DNA of 64,000 nucleotides from a virus: the IMG/VR virus record IMGVR_UViG_3300025156_000001, positions 4,757 to 68,756 of that record; one strand, written 5' to 3'. The notes beneath the pieces are model-generated. The model saw only the letters and a program-made list of their open reading frames with translations. It was not told the origin of the DNA and did no database searches. Both the position numbers and the translations under genes were made by a program. Shown piece after piece: positions 17,880 to 27,027 of the stretch; positions within the stretch are counted from its first letter, which is position 1, and the number at the start of each line of letters is the position of its first letter.

Positions 17880-18098
17880 ATGGTAGAAATATCTAACGAA
17901 CTAGCCCATGCATATTTGCTAATAGCAAACGAAACCCTACGTAGGTATTATATGACTATTAATCTGTCATTAATGCCCAAATATATAGCATATACGTATT
18001 TATTCCTAGCGAGGGAACATATAATCCTATGTGATATTCATTTGGATTACGGAGAAATACGTAATGTCTTGTTATCCTACAATATGTATAACCCATAA
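17880..18098 (+). CDS. hypothetical protein
   Basis: 72 aa ORF with GGTG SD, followed by a terminator. Confidence 0.6.
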   Translation: MVEISNELAHAYLLIANETLRRYYMTINLSLMPKYIAYTYLFLAREHIILCDIHLDYGEIRNVLLSYNMYNP

Positions 18099-18114
18099 AA
18101 TCCAATATTTGGTG

Positions 18115-18149
18115 CCCAATAGGGAGATATTCCCTATTGGGTTTTTTTT
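18115..18149 (+). terminator. hairpin plus T-tract terminator
   Basis: CCCAATAGGGA-gatat-TCCCTATTGGG followed by a run of T. Confidence 0.85.
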
Positions 18150-18908
18150 ATGTACAGATTATCTATCAATGGGTATATGGACATATCAATTCATGGGAAT
18201 ATGGGTTATCAATGCACGGATCCGTACCGACATAAGGTTGAAGTGATAGAATAGGTTCAATCCAATGTCAATCTATGAGATAACCAATACATATACGGTA
18301 GTACATGGTACGTAGTACGTACGTATTCAATGGTATAGATTGATATGTATTTTATACCCTTTAACGTATAGGGTATGTCGTTATTCTGTATAGTTTTGTG
18401 ATGACAAGTTACCATAAATCCGATATTTTGGGAGGAACCGGAAGGGGTCGCGCTTATCTTCGAGGCCCATCACCGTGTAAATACTCTAATCTCGCCCTAG
18501 TTCATCGGTGCTTGATAGGTACATGTAAGTGGTGACTCCGACTTATATACTTTTACTATTTTTTCAGGGCGGGTTATTTAAATATATAATATGGTGTCTA
18601 TGGAAAAAGGTATGATTCCTTTGGCGTTTAAAAATTTTTTTTGAAAAAAACGGGAAATTGCCGATTGTCTGCGAAGTAGACAACTTATTAGTAAATCCGT
18701 GTAGAATCTGGGTGTGATTTACGTTTTATGTAAAATATATGTGGGGCCGCTCCGTGGTCTTTATAGGAGGTTCTCACCCGCCCACTCATACTATTGGGGC
18801 GGCCCGATTGTGCATATCAGAGTTCTATAATGTTCCCCTGGGGCCGCTTGCCTTTTGGCCCAACAACAATAACTTTCTTCTTATCAACATCATAGTAGAC
18901 AGCCACGT

Positions 18909-19226
18909 TTAGTCCTCCTTTCTTGCCTTTGTACCCATAACTGTGCCGTTTGTTACTATCCACGTAACAGTTGGGTAAGTCGGACTAGTATCTGGGTAAT
19001 CCCATTGATACGGATAGAATGGGTATGTCCAATAATCCCCATTGACATTTGTGACTTCATTGTCTGGGAATTTAACCTTATCCTTACTATCTACACCGAC
19101 GACCTTATAATCATCGCCGAGCTGGTCCTGTAGTCTTTCAACTCGCTGTTCTATACACTTCTCTTTGTCCTTTTCGCCAGAAGTATCGACGAAGAGGACA
19201 ACAATTTTAGGCTTTTCAAACATCAT
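18909..19226 (-). CDS. hypothetical protein with Pro/Tyr/Trp-rich tail
   Basis: 105 aa ORF with AGGTGA SD. Confidence 0.7.
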   Translation of the reverse strand: MMFEKPKIVVLFVDTSGEKDKEKCIEQRVERLQDQLGDDYKVVGVDSKDKVKFPDNEVTNVNGDYWTYPFYPYQWDYPDTSPTYPTVTWIVTNGTVMGTKARKED

Positions 19227-19234
19227 ACAATCAC

Positions 19235-19729
19235 CTACGTTTGTCTATATCTCAACCAAGCAGTAACAACGTTCGGGGAAGAACTCCCACTAGCCGCCTG
19301 CGTTCTAAAATTCAAGTAATCACCATTGCTCAATTCGACCGGTTGTGAAAGTTCATTGACAGCAGATTGCCCAGTAGAGACCGCCACATTAGCACTGGAG
19401 CCCTGGGACACACCATTTATTACGGCTTGGACAGTTGCTGTACCACTACCTATACGAAGGGACATAGCCACAATATGACACTCCCACCCCGTAGGTACGT
19501 ATATGGCCAACCCCCCGTCTGAGGGTGTATTTGCACCATTACCGAATGCCCACTCATAAGCGTCTGCTGAAAGTGTGGAATTCTCCTCTGCCCATATTGG
19601 CACAATATACTCCGATATACCACCCCCACCCCCACCATACGATATTTCTTTGGAATCGTCAACTCTACTATAATACATCTTATCATCGGAGTCGTCATAT
19701 ATAACTCTACTTATCCCCATAGTTTTCAC
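19235..19729 (-). CDS. hypothetical beta-rich protein (possible minor virion or surface protein)
   Basis: 164 aa; Gly linker followed by a beta-sandwich-like sequence. Confidence 0.65.
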   Translation of the reverse strand: MKTMGISRVIYDDSDDKMYYSRVDDSKEISYGGGGGGISEYIVPIWAEENSTLSADAYEWAFGNGANTPSDGGLAIYVPTGWECHIVAMSLRIGSGTATVQAVINGVSQGSSANVAVSTGQSAVNELSQPVELSNGDYLNFRTQAASGSSSPNVVTAWLRYRQT

Positions 19730-20526
19730 ATTCCGTCATTATCAGAATCGGTAATATGCCCATCAGTAGAATCCCCATTGCCCATTTCGACACCATCTAT
19801 AAGCATATCGTCGTCTGTATCCCAATCGTTCGGGTCGAGCCCAAGAGTTAGCTCCATATTATCCCAGAGCCCATCACCATCTGTATCCGGGTTGTTATAA
19901 TCTGTGCCCATTGCCATCTCATCAGTATCTGTTATACCGTCGCCGTCGTCGTCTATATTACCATCACCGTCTCCGTCTCCACTGCCCCCTGGTGCAGGCC
20001 CACTACCCCCACCCCCCGTATCCGTCCCACCATTACCAGAACCACCTGTACCATCATTTGAGAAGTCCCAAGGCCAAGAATCGTCTGGGTCAAGCACTCC
20101 GTCGCCGTCTGTATCTGGGTTATTGGGGTCTGTGGGATTATATATCACTTCACCGGTGTCTCTATTTACACCGTACACCCTAAAATACTCATTATAATTG
20201 TCATAAGGTGGCTCAACCTGTGAATATGAGGCATATTCTTCGCCACCAAAGTAGTCATTGTCGTCTTCCGCGTCATTTGGGTCGTTAGGATTGAGTGAAT
20301 TGTCAACTTCCCACCCATCTGGAAGGCCATCTCCGTCGGTATCCCAACAATTTGGGTCCGAACCCGCTAAAAATTCGTCTAAATTGGTCAATCCGTCCAT
20401 GTCCCCATCGGCATCCCAATCATTATTGTCAAGTGGATTAAGGCCAAAGGCCGAAAATGATAGGATGAAGATGAAAAGGGACGCAAAAAGCCCCCGGATG
20501 GCCAAGTTTTCGAAGATTGTAACCAT
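19726..20526 (-). CDS. secreted or membrane-anchored Ca-binding protein with thrombospondin type 3-like (DxDGDG) repeats
   Basis: Hydrophobic N-terminus; repeated P...DTDGDGL.D..E units; Gly-rich linker; ATG 20526 after AGGTGA. Confidence 0.85.
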   Translation of the reverse strand: MVTIFENLAIRGLFASLFIFILSFSAFGLNPLDNNDWDADGDMDGLTNLDEFLAGSDPNCWDTDGDGLPDGWEVDNSLNPNDPNDAEDDNDYFGGEEYASYSQVEPPYDNYNEYFRVYGVNRDTGEVIYNPTDPNNPDTDGDGVLDPDDSWPWDFSNDGTGGSGNGGTDTGGGGSGPAPGGSGDGDGDGNIDDDGDGITDTDEMAMGTDYNNPDTDGDGLWDNMELTLGLDPNDWDTDDDMLIDGVEMGNGDSTDGHITDSDNDGM

Positions 20527-20556
20527 TTTTCTCACCTATATACATAATAGACGTCT

Positions 20557-20571
20557 TATTATTTAAAGGTT
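20557..20571 (-). promoter_or_regulatory. archaeal TATA promoter (AACCTTTAAATAATA on minus strand)
   Basis: About 30 bp upstream of the TSP3-repeat gene; same motif as the other promoters. Confidence 0.6.
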
Positions 20572-20600
20572 GTGGTGCAAACCATGAACAAAGTGCCAAT

Positions 20601-20705
20601 TTAGAACGAACAACGCCCACTCGGGCATGGAATGCCGCAATTCGGGCAGATATGGTCCTCTACAAAGCATGGCGCGCCGCATAAATAACACTGAGTTGGA
20701 GTCAT
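20601..20705 (-). CDS. 34 aa CPxCG-type zinc-finger microprotein with 7 Cys (not in ORF track)
   Basis: MTPTQCYLCGAPCFVEDHICPNCGIPCPSGRCSF; AGGTGA SD. Confidence 0.7.
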   Translation of the reverse strand: MTPTQCYLCGAPCFVEDHICPNCGIPCPSGRCSF

Positions 20706-20790
20706 ATTAATCACCTGTAGTAAAATTCGACGAAGGGTTGTCCTAACAGATGTCTACAATCACCGAAAATACATACTACTATATGCTCTC

Positions 20791-20809
20791 CTATTATTTA
20801 AATGTTTCG
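20791..20809 (-). promoter_or_regulatory. BRE/TATA promoter, leftward (CGAAACATTTAAATAATAG)
   Basis: Near-identical inverted copy of the promoter at 21042. Confidence 0.7.
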
Positions 20810-20825
20810 TTGAGTGTATTTCCAT

Positions 20826-21037
20826 TGTACAATAGACCCTATCGGGTACAATATACGTATTGTACAATATGTATATATAGTGCCTATCGGCTCTATTGGG
20901 TTATACCCCTTTATACAATATGTACTCCCCCTCCCCCTTATAGTAATTTAGGTTACTTTACTATATGTACTGAACCTATCGGTATAATACATACTGTACA
21001 ATATGTATATGGTGCCTATCGGCATCATTGTACAATA
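20826..21037. repeat. array of short repeats (GTACAATA and CCTATCGG) upstream of the small terminase gene
   Basis: CCTATCGG at 20838, 20883, 20975, 21015; GTACAATA at 20827, 20846, 20862, 20996, 21030. Confidence 0.8.
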
Positions 21038-21041
21038 TAAC

Positions 21042-21060
21042 CGAAACATTTATATAATAG
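21042..21060 (+). promoter_or_regulatory. BRE/TATA promoter, rightward (CGAAACATTTATATAATAG)
   Basis: TTTATATA ends about 22 bp before ATG 21079, compatible with a leaderless or short-leader transcript. Confidence 0.75.
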
Positions 21061-21078
21061 TACGTAGTTATAGGTACT

Positions 21079-21519
21079 ATGGGTAAAGAGTTAGACAAGG
21101 CCACGAAGGCTCTGATGAAGTCTGAAGACGTAGACGATTTGAAGTACGTACTGTCTCTTATAAGGGACGACCCGAGACTTGCCCAGAGATTTGTGAATAC
21201 GCTCCAGGAAATTGCCCAAGACAATGAGCACAAGTTTTCCACCATTGAGCTTGAGATGTTTGCAACGATGAAAATGATATTTGACACCCAAGTATCTGAA
21301 TTACTAATGGGCAACGATATAGATATAGATGACTATGTAAAGTTGGGGGCACTTGTAAAGTCTATGTACGAAGTACTAAATAAGTCACTTCAGAATGCCA
21401 GAGTTAAAGAGAGGGCGGAGAATGACAAATTGAAGAAGCTTAATAAGATGGAGATACCAATGGACGAGGACACAACGGTAACTGTCAAAAGAAAAAAGGC
21501 GGAAGTAATAGATGTCTGA
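21079..21519 (+). CDS. putative terminase small subunit
   Basis: Helical 146 aa protein directly upstream of and overlapping the large terminase; positional call only. Confidence 0.55.
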   Translation: MGKELDKATKALMKSEDVDDLKYVLSLIRDDPRLAQRFVNTLQEIAQDNEHKFSTIELEMFATMKMIFDTQVSELLMGNDIDIDDYVKLGALVKSMYEVLNKSLQNARVKERAENDKLKKLNKMEIPMDEDTTVTVKRKKAEVIDV

Positions 21520-23413
21520 AGAGTATGTATTCAAATTCGGTATGTTCAAGACGAACTTCAACTTCGAGAAGCTCATAAGAGATATAAATGTAGCGTATAG
21601 TAAACCGACAACGGACATCAGAAGGGAACACAACAAGAAGATACTCAAAAAGTTCATGGGCGTATACAATGATATGCTTGACAAATCTAGCAAATATGGG
21701 TGGTCGGATAGAGAGGCAATATCGTGGTTCCATACAGAATGTCTATCAGACTATGAGTTATTTTGTTTGGCGTATATACGACTAGATAATAATTTACCGA
21801 TGTTCTCGTCACCGTGGCAATCAGAAGCCGCCAAGTTTATAGAGGAGTATGAAATAGTTTCTGGGCTCATGTCCAGGAAGGTTGGCAAGAGCGCATTCAT
21901 GACATCATATATACCGTTCAGGATGATAAATAATGCACCGGAGCATGTTGTCGTGTTTGCCCCAACAACTAAACAGCTTATGGTAATGGACGATTTATAT
22001 AGGGCGATAAAAACATCAGATTTCCTCAAGGGGGAGTGGATTGTATTACATGGGCCGATGGATAAGAAGGGAAAACTAGGAAGAGAGGAGATAATCTTCG
22101 CTAGGGATTGGGGTACAGGCTCTTGTTGGTCGGATGTTATCGCATTGAATCTATCCCAGAATACAGAAGGGGAAACAAAAAGAGGTCAGAAAGGTACATT
22201 TTTCCTAGTAGACGAACAGCAGATGGTCAAGGAGGATATATTAACCACAGTTATAAACCCCATGATGTCAGATGCTTATTCAGATAAGAAGATGGTTAAG
22301 TTCGGAACTCCAAATTTATCTGTCAACCCAAGGGCTGATATAAGGTGGAGGGATGAGGTAGAATCAGATGAAGTATACATATTAAACTACGATTGGGTTG
22401 ATGGATTGGTACAGGGGTGTCTCAAAGAGAAATATATGATGCGTGTATTTAAAGAGCATGGTATACCGTGCCCATTCGGCACTAAGATGGGTATATGCGG
22501 AAAGAGAATGTTAAAGGAAGGCGCTAGGTATGATGAGGTTGGTAACAAAGTTGTATACCCTGGAGATGAATCATACGACTCGGCGTGGCAATGTGATGAT
22601 TCGTGTGAGTATTTCAACAAGTTCATAGAAGAACATGGGGCAAAATTTGGTAAGTATATGAACCAGACATTCCCGGATGATGTAATGCAAGACGTTGGAG
22701 ACGAGAAGTTAAGATGGCATATAGCTGGGGTGGCAGGTGAGAAGTACATTCTGTCGGCTGATGTCGGCGTCCTACAATTTCCCACTCAGATTGGTGTGTT
22801 TAGAATAGATAGCGGTGAAGTGGATAGACTCACTATGGTATACTACAAAGAGATACCACCACTATCAGTGGCAAAAGACATGGAAGTGGAAGATAACCCG
22901 TCCTATGACCCAACAATAGAAGAAATAAAGAAGATATCTCGACTGTTCAACTCAAATGGCGGTGAGATAGTACAGTATTATATAGATGTCACAAACCAAT
23001 TACAGTTGGCAAAGGCATTAGTTACTGGGCGAGATGCGTTACCTAGGAGTCGTGTATTTCAGAATGATACATCTAAGAACAAGGGTGTATATGGTGTATG
23101 GAACAGTGGGCCATATAATCACATGATGAAAGCCCATTACCAGAAGATGCTTATAAATAGGAGGATGAAGACACCGATACTTGACCCATTCTGGTCTAAA
23201 TTCATAAGAGAACATAAAGAGATAGTTGTAAAACCCACGGAAGATGGGCGATATATAAAATACGCCCCACCAAAAGGTAAGACATTCCAAGGCACAATAG
23301 ATATAGTGGATATGTTTAGTATGGCATCTCTATATCTCCTCGATGAATCTGTGAATAGGCCGAGTAAATCAATAGTAATAGCAAATAGGGGTGGTGTATA
23401 TGTCGCGAGATAA
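21512..23413 (+). CDS. terL: terminase large subunit
   Basis: PWQ, Walker A SRKVGKS, FAPT, Walker B FLVDE, GTP coupling motif, nuclease SADVG ... DIVD. Confidence 0.9.
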   Translation: MSEEYVFKFGMFKTNFNFEKLIRDINVAYSKPTTDIRREHNKKILKKFMGVYNDMLDKSSKYGWSDREAISWFHTECLSDYELFCLAYIRLDNNLPMFSSPWQSEAAKFIEEYEIVSGLMSRKVGKSAFMTSYIPFRMINNAPEHVVVFAPTTKQLMVMDDLYRAIKTSDFLKGEWIVLHGPMDKKGKLGREEIIFARDWGTGSCWSDVIALNLSQNTEGETKRGQKGTFFLVDEQQMVKEDILTTVINPMMSDAYSDKKMVKFGTPNLSVNPRADIRWRDEVESDEVYILNYDWVDGLVQGCLKEKYMMRVFKEHGIPCPFGTKMGICGKRMLKEGARYDEVGNKVVYPGDESYDSAWQCDDSCEYFNKFIEEHGAKFGKYMNQTFPDDVMQDVGDEKLRWHIAGVAGEKYILSADVGVLQFPTQIGVFRIDSGEVDRLTMVYYKEIPPLSVAKDMEVEDNPSYDPTIEEIKKISRLFNSNGGEIVQYYIDVTNQLQLAKALVTGRDALPRSRVFQNDTSKNKGVYGVWNSGPYNHMMKAHYQKMLINRRMKTPILDPFWSKFIREHKEIVVKPTEDGRYIKYAPPKGKTFQGTIDIVDMFSMASLYLLDESVNRPSKSIVIANRGGVYVAR

Positions 23414-23666
23414 CAATGTATATAACGATTGTGTCGTGATAATATCTTGGTTCTATAGGAATCAGGGAAAGCATATAAATCTATCACAATGCGAAAGAGA
23501 CACTGGAATAAGTAGGACAATGATAAAGAGATATATAGATGCATACATTACGTACGATGACTGGTTCCTATATAGGGTCGGCCTATCTATAGGATACAAG
23601 GTTATTTACACTGGGCGAGAAGGCGAATACATATGGGTTGAGGAACTCTACAACCGAAACCTTTAA
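23391..23666 (+). CDS. helix-turn-helix DNA-binding protein
   Basis: INLSQCERDTGISRTMIKRYI HTH pattern; likely start ATG 23400. Confidence 0.7.
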   Translation: MVYMSRDNNVYNDCVVIISWFYRNQGKHINLSQCERDTGISRTMIKRYIDAYITYDDWFLYRVGLSIGYKVIYTGREGEYIWVEELYNRNL

Positions 23667-23669
23667 ATA
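23655..23669 (+). promoter_or_regulatory. BRE/TATA promoter for the head operon (CGAAACCTTTAAATA)
   Basis: Matches the promoter motif; upstream of the portal gene. Confidence 0.65.
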
Positions 23670-23698
23670 CCTGTTCACAATATATATAATGGGTACTG

Positions 23699-25126
23699 TT
23701 GATACAGTACTTAACCAAGGGTGCCGTTATGGTTAGCAAACAGATACCAAAAGCGAAGAAGATTTTCCTCCTATCTGCGGAAGCCGGATGGCTTTCACAG
23801 GATAATAGTACAAGGGAGAACTTCGATGTTGGCGATACGACCAACGGCGACTATAGAGAGCTAAACCTTTCTGGCGATGAACCATCATACTATGAGGAGC
23901 GATACATTGAATATACAGAAAACGAATGGTATTCTTTTCTTATCGATTATTTAACGGCTTCCCTTTTTTCAGATATTAAATTCAGTGGCCCCGGTAAGGA
24001 TGATGTTGATAGATTTTTCGACACAGTTTGTCCAGATGGTTTGGAGCAAATAGTTATGGCTGGGCTTGAAGCTATCCGTGACGGCACCGGATTCATTTAT
24101 AAGATAAAAGATAAAGGTGGCAAACTATCCCAGATTAAGTATTTCCCTACATGGGATATGAAAATGAAATGGGAGCATATGCGACCTGTTACTGATGAAG
24201 AGGGTAATGAAATAAATTGGGGAGATGGGTTAAGCGACTACGATGATGCGAATGCATCCGAAGGCGAAATGAGATGGATTAAGGTTTGGAATGAGGAAAC
24301 TGGTTCAGAATGGTGGTTCAGAAATTATCCAAGATACTCCGAAGAAGACTACAAGAATCCATATATGGCTATATTGAGATTAAAACAGTCACATCTAACC
24401 CCTTATGGCGTACCTATAGGCAAATCGTGCTTCCATAGTATAAAAGCACTAAAGGGTGTGAACAGAGATATAGTTGCAGCAATAAAGAAGGTTGCATCAA
24501 ATATTTTGGTCGTTAGATATGATACTTCTGCATACAATGACTCAGAGAAGGAGACAGCACTTAAAAATATGGGCGATTCGCTTAAAGGTTTAGAGTCCGC
24601 TACCGCGGACGTTATAGTTATGGATAGTTCGCACGATATAGGATATCTATCAAACCTGGAAAATCACTCAGGTGGATACGATGGACGACTACTTAATATA
24701 ATGGAACATATAGAACCAGTTCTATCTAGTGTGCTATTGAACTATCTTGTTGCCCTTGGCATAGTAGAGCAGACGGGTGCAAATAAATCCCTTATAGCTA
24801 GGCAGATATCAGAGGGTAGAAAGATGCTTAACCAATATAGGTCTATAGTGACTAGACTTATAAAGACGCAGATACTTAGCGATATCACAGATAAAGATGT
24901 TGATGTAATATTTGAGACAGCCTTCGACCCAGAATACATTGTATTAATGTATCAGGCGGGGATGGTTTCAAGGGAATGGGCACAAGAAAATTTGGATATA
25001 TCGGACAATGGTGAGACATTCAACGAAGTAAATAACTTACAAAATGGCAAGAGTGGAGATTCAAACGACGACGGTATGAGCGGAAAGAGAGAGGAATCAC
25101 AGTCAGACCCGACAGCGAGTGGATAA
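23699..25126 (+). CDS. portal protein
   Basis: Size and position after terL; RDGTGFI and PYGVP motifs; EWAQENL late motif; acidic tail. Confidence 0.8.
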   Translation: MIQYLTKGAVMVSKQIPKAKKIFLLSAEAGWLSQDNSTRENFDVGDTTNGDYRELNLSGDEPSYYEERYIEYTENEWYSFLIDYLTASLFSDIKFSGPGKDDVDRFFDTVCPDGLEQIVMAGLEAIRDGTGFIYKIKDKGGKLSQIKYFPTWDMKMKWEHMRPVTDEEGNEINWGDGLSDYDDANASEGEMRWIKVWNEETGSEWWFRNYPRYSEEDYKNPYMAILRLKQSHLTPYGVPIGKSCFHSIKALKGVNRDIVAAIKKVASNILVVRYDTSAYNDSEKETALKNMGDSLKGLESATADVIVMDSSHDIGYLSNLENHSGGYDGRLLNIMEHIEPVLSSVLLNYLVALGIVEQTGANKSLIARQISEGRKMLNQYRSIVTRLIKTQILSDITDKDVDVIFETAFDPEYIVLMYQAGMVSREWAQENLDISDNGETFNEVNNLQNGKSGDSNDDGMSGKREESQSDPTASG

Positions 25127-26333
25127 AATGATTGGCAACTTAAGAGAAATAATAGTAAGGAAATTTAGGTCCGGTAATGTGCCAAAGTGGATGCTCGAAC
25201 TCAGAGAAGAGGGTATGAGCATCTACGAGATTAGTGATAAAATAGCACAACTCATAAAGGAGCGGGCTATGGTAAAGTCCGCGGCCGCGGGTGACGAAGA
25301 CGCAGAAGTGGGGGAGGCATGTTGGACGGAAGCGGCAGAAGCAGGGGAAGTGGAAGGAGTTTGGATTAGAGGCATGGACACCAAGACAAAGATACGACAG
25401 AGGCACGGTGGGAGATTATTTGGTATAGATGAAATTGCACATGTTGTTGCAATAGACGATTGGAAAAAGAATAGAGAGAAGATAGTTGGACATATAGACC
25501 ACAATAGGGGCGACAAGAAAGCCGAAGTGGACCTTGGTATAGAAGATGTTAAGTATGACTTTGGAAATGGATTGTATTTCAAGTTGAACCCGAAAGACCC
25601 AGAGATAAGAAAGGGGCTGAGTGAAGGCTATATAAAACCATCTATAGAAATAGATTTCTATTCTGATATGGTAAAAGACGATAAGATACTAAAGTATCAA
25701 CCCACAGGAATTGGACTAATGATAAATGGTAACGCTAGAGGTGGGGATAATGTTGGGCCAGGAATCCCAGACCCCATAACTAGTATAAGTGCTGAAGGAG
25801 GGGAACCTATGCCGAAAGGAAAAGAAGACGACGAAGAAAACGATGGAAATAATGAACCTGAGGAACCGGAGAATAATGAACCAGAAGGACCGAAAAACAA
25901 TGAACCCGAGGAACCAGAAATCAAGCCTGAGGGCACAAAGCCTGAAGGAGAAAAAAATGGGGACGAAGATGAGGTCGAAAAACTCAGGAAGGAAATAGAG
26001 GAAATGAAGAAAGAGCGGGAAGAGCTGCTTAAGTCTGAAAAGATAAAGGAAGACCTTGAGAACACTATAAAGAAGCAGATTGCTGCCCAGATTGGTGAAG
26101 ATTACAAGTACGAGGACAAAACTCTTGACGAGGTTAAGAGGGACCTTGAACTTATTAATACATTCTCAAAGAGGCTCACAGATGGTGTGCCTGGGGCTGG
26201 TATAGTACCAATTATACCCCCGAGTAAACCGGAAAGGGATGTTGATGAGAATGGCATACCTTCTGAAAAATGGTACAAGAAGGTAAACGAAAAGTTTAAC
26301 ACGAGAAAAAAGAGAAAGGAAATTAAGAGGTAG
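25119..26333 (+). CDS. prohead protease/scaffold fusion
   Basis: HIDH and PSIE candidate catalytic motifs, then an NNEPE/KPEG low-complexity linker and coiled coil; position between portal and capsid. Confidence 0.7.
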   Translation: MDKMIGNLREIIVRKFRSGNVPKWMLELREEGMSIYEISDKIAQLIKERAMVKSAAAGDEDAEVGEACWTEAAEAGEVEGVWIRGMDTKTKIRQRHGGRLFGIDEIAHVVAIDDWKKNREKIVGHIDHNRGDKKAEVDLGIEDVKYDFGNGLYFKLNPKDPEIRKGLSEGYIKPSIEIDFYSDMVKDDKILKYQPTGIGLMINGNARGGDNVGPGIPDPITSISAEGGEPMPKGKEDDEENDGNNEPEEPENNEPEGPKNNEPEEPEIKPEGTKPEGEKNGDEDEVEKLRKEIEEMKKEREELLKSEKIKEDLENTIKKQIAAQIGEDYKYEDKTLDEVKRDLELINTFSKRLTDGVPGAGIVPIIPPSKPERDVDENGIPSEKWYKKVNEKFNTRKKRKEIKR

Positions 26334-26338
26334 ATAAT

Positions 26339-27016
26339 ATGACTGCGTTTACAATTGATGATGCGCCATACGCCGGTGATTACGGCGGGGGGCGACAGAT
26401 AGCGGTTATCCTATACGAAGGTAGTATGACTGCATATCCTGGCAGTTCAATGTGGGCCCATGCTGGCGAATCGAAAAACGATTTTGCCAAGTTTGCCGCG
26501 CCTGTAGCGAAGGGTGACCTTGTGAAGCTGGTTAGATTTGCATCTAACAAGTTTGAGACATGTATGGGTAAGTTCGCTGTGGAAAAGGCAGATGCAGATG
26601 GAGACCTTGCAATAGGTAGAGTTATTATGGACCCAGTGTACTATGGTAATACCATACCTACATCGAATGTCACCATAAACGACTCGGCTACGTTTGCAAC
26701 TGCTATAGGGAACGGATATTTCAACTACACCACAATCGAACTCTTCACTGCTGGGCCGATATACCCTGTGCAGTGCGGTGTTGCTGGTAGTGGGAACATA
26801 GTTGCCGGAGACAGCGTCGTCTTTGATGTTTCTGATGCCACGTGGGCATACGGGGATGATGGCGATGTCGCTGACAATGGTGTTTGGGATGATTCGGGGG
26901 CGGATACCGGTTCCAATTCAGCAATAGCTGGGTTTATGGCACTGAATTCTGCCGATACGGATGACGAATACATATTGGTTACTCCAATGTTTGCCCCGGT
27001 GAGGCTTGTGGCTTAG
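26339..27016 (+). CDS. capsid decoration/cement protein
   Basis: Ala/Gly/Asp-rich beta protein immediately upstream of the capsid gene; KGDLVKL and AGDSVV repeats. Confidence 0.6.
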   Translation: MTAFTIDDAPYAGDYGGGRQIAVILYEGSMTAYPGSSMWAHAGESKNDFAKFAAPVAKGDLVKLVRFASNKFETCMGKFAVEKADADGDLAIGRVIMDPVYYGNTIPTSNVTINDSATFATAIGNGYFNYTTIELFTAGPIYPVQCGVAGSGNIVAGDSVVFDVSDATWAYGDDGDVADNGVWDDSGADTGSNSAIAGFMALNSADTDDEYILVTPMFAPVRLVA

Positions 27017-27027
27017 AGGTGATATGA

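Noticed and set aside
18740-18810. tRNA gene
   Set aside because: A closing stem is present but there is no TTCRA T-loop or cloverleaf; kept only as a weak ncRNA candidate.
22400-22640. Intein in the large terminase
   Set aside because: No LAGLIDADG blocks or terminal His-Asn followed by Cys/Ser/Thr; the insert is short.
25840-25960. NNEPE/KPEG repeats as a separate repeat element
   Set aside because: Low-complexity coding linker typical of protease-scaffold proteins.
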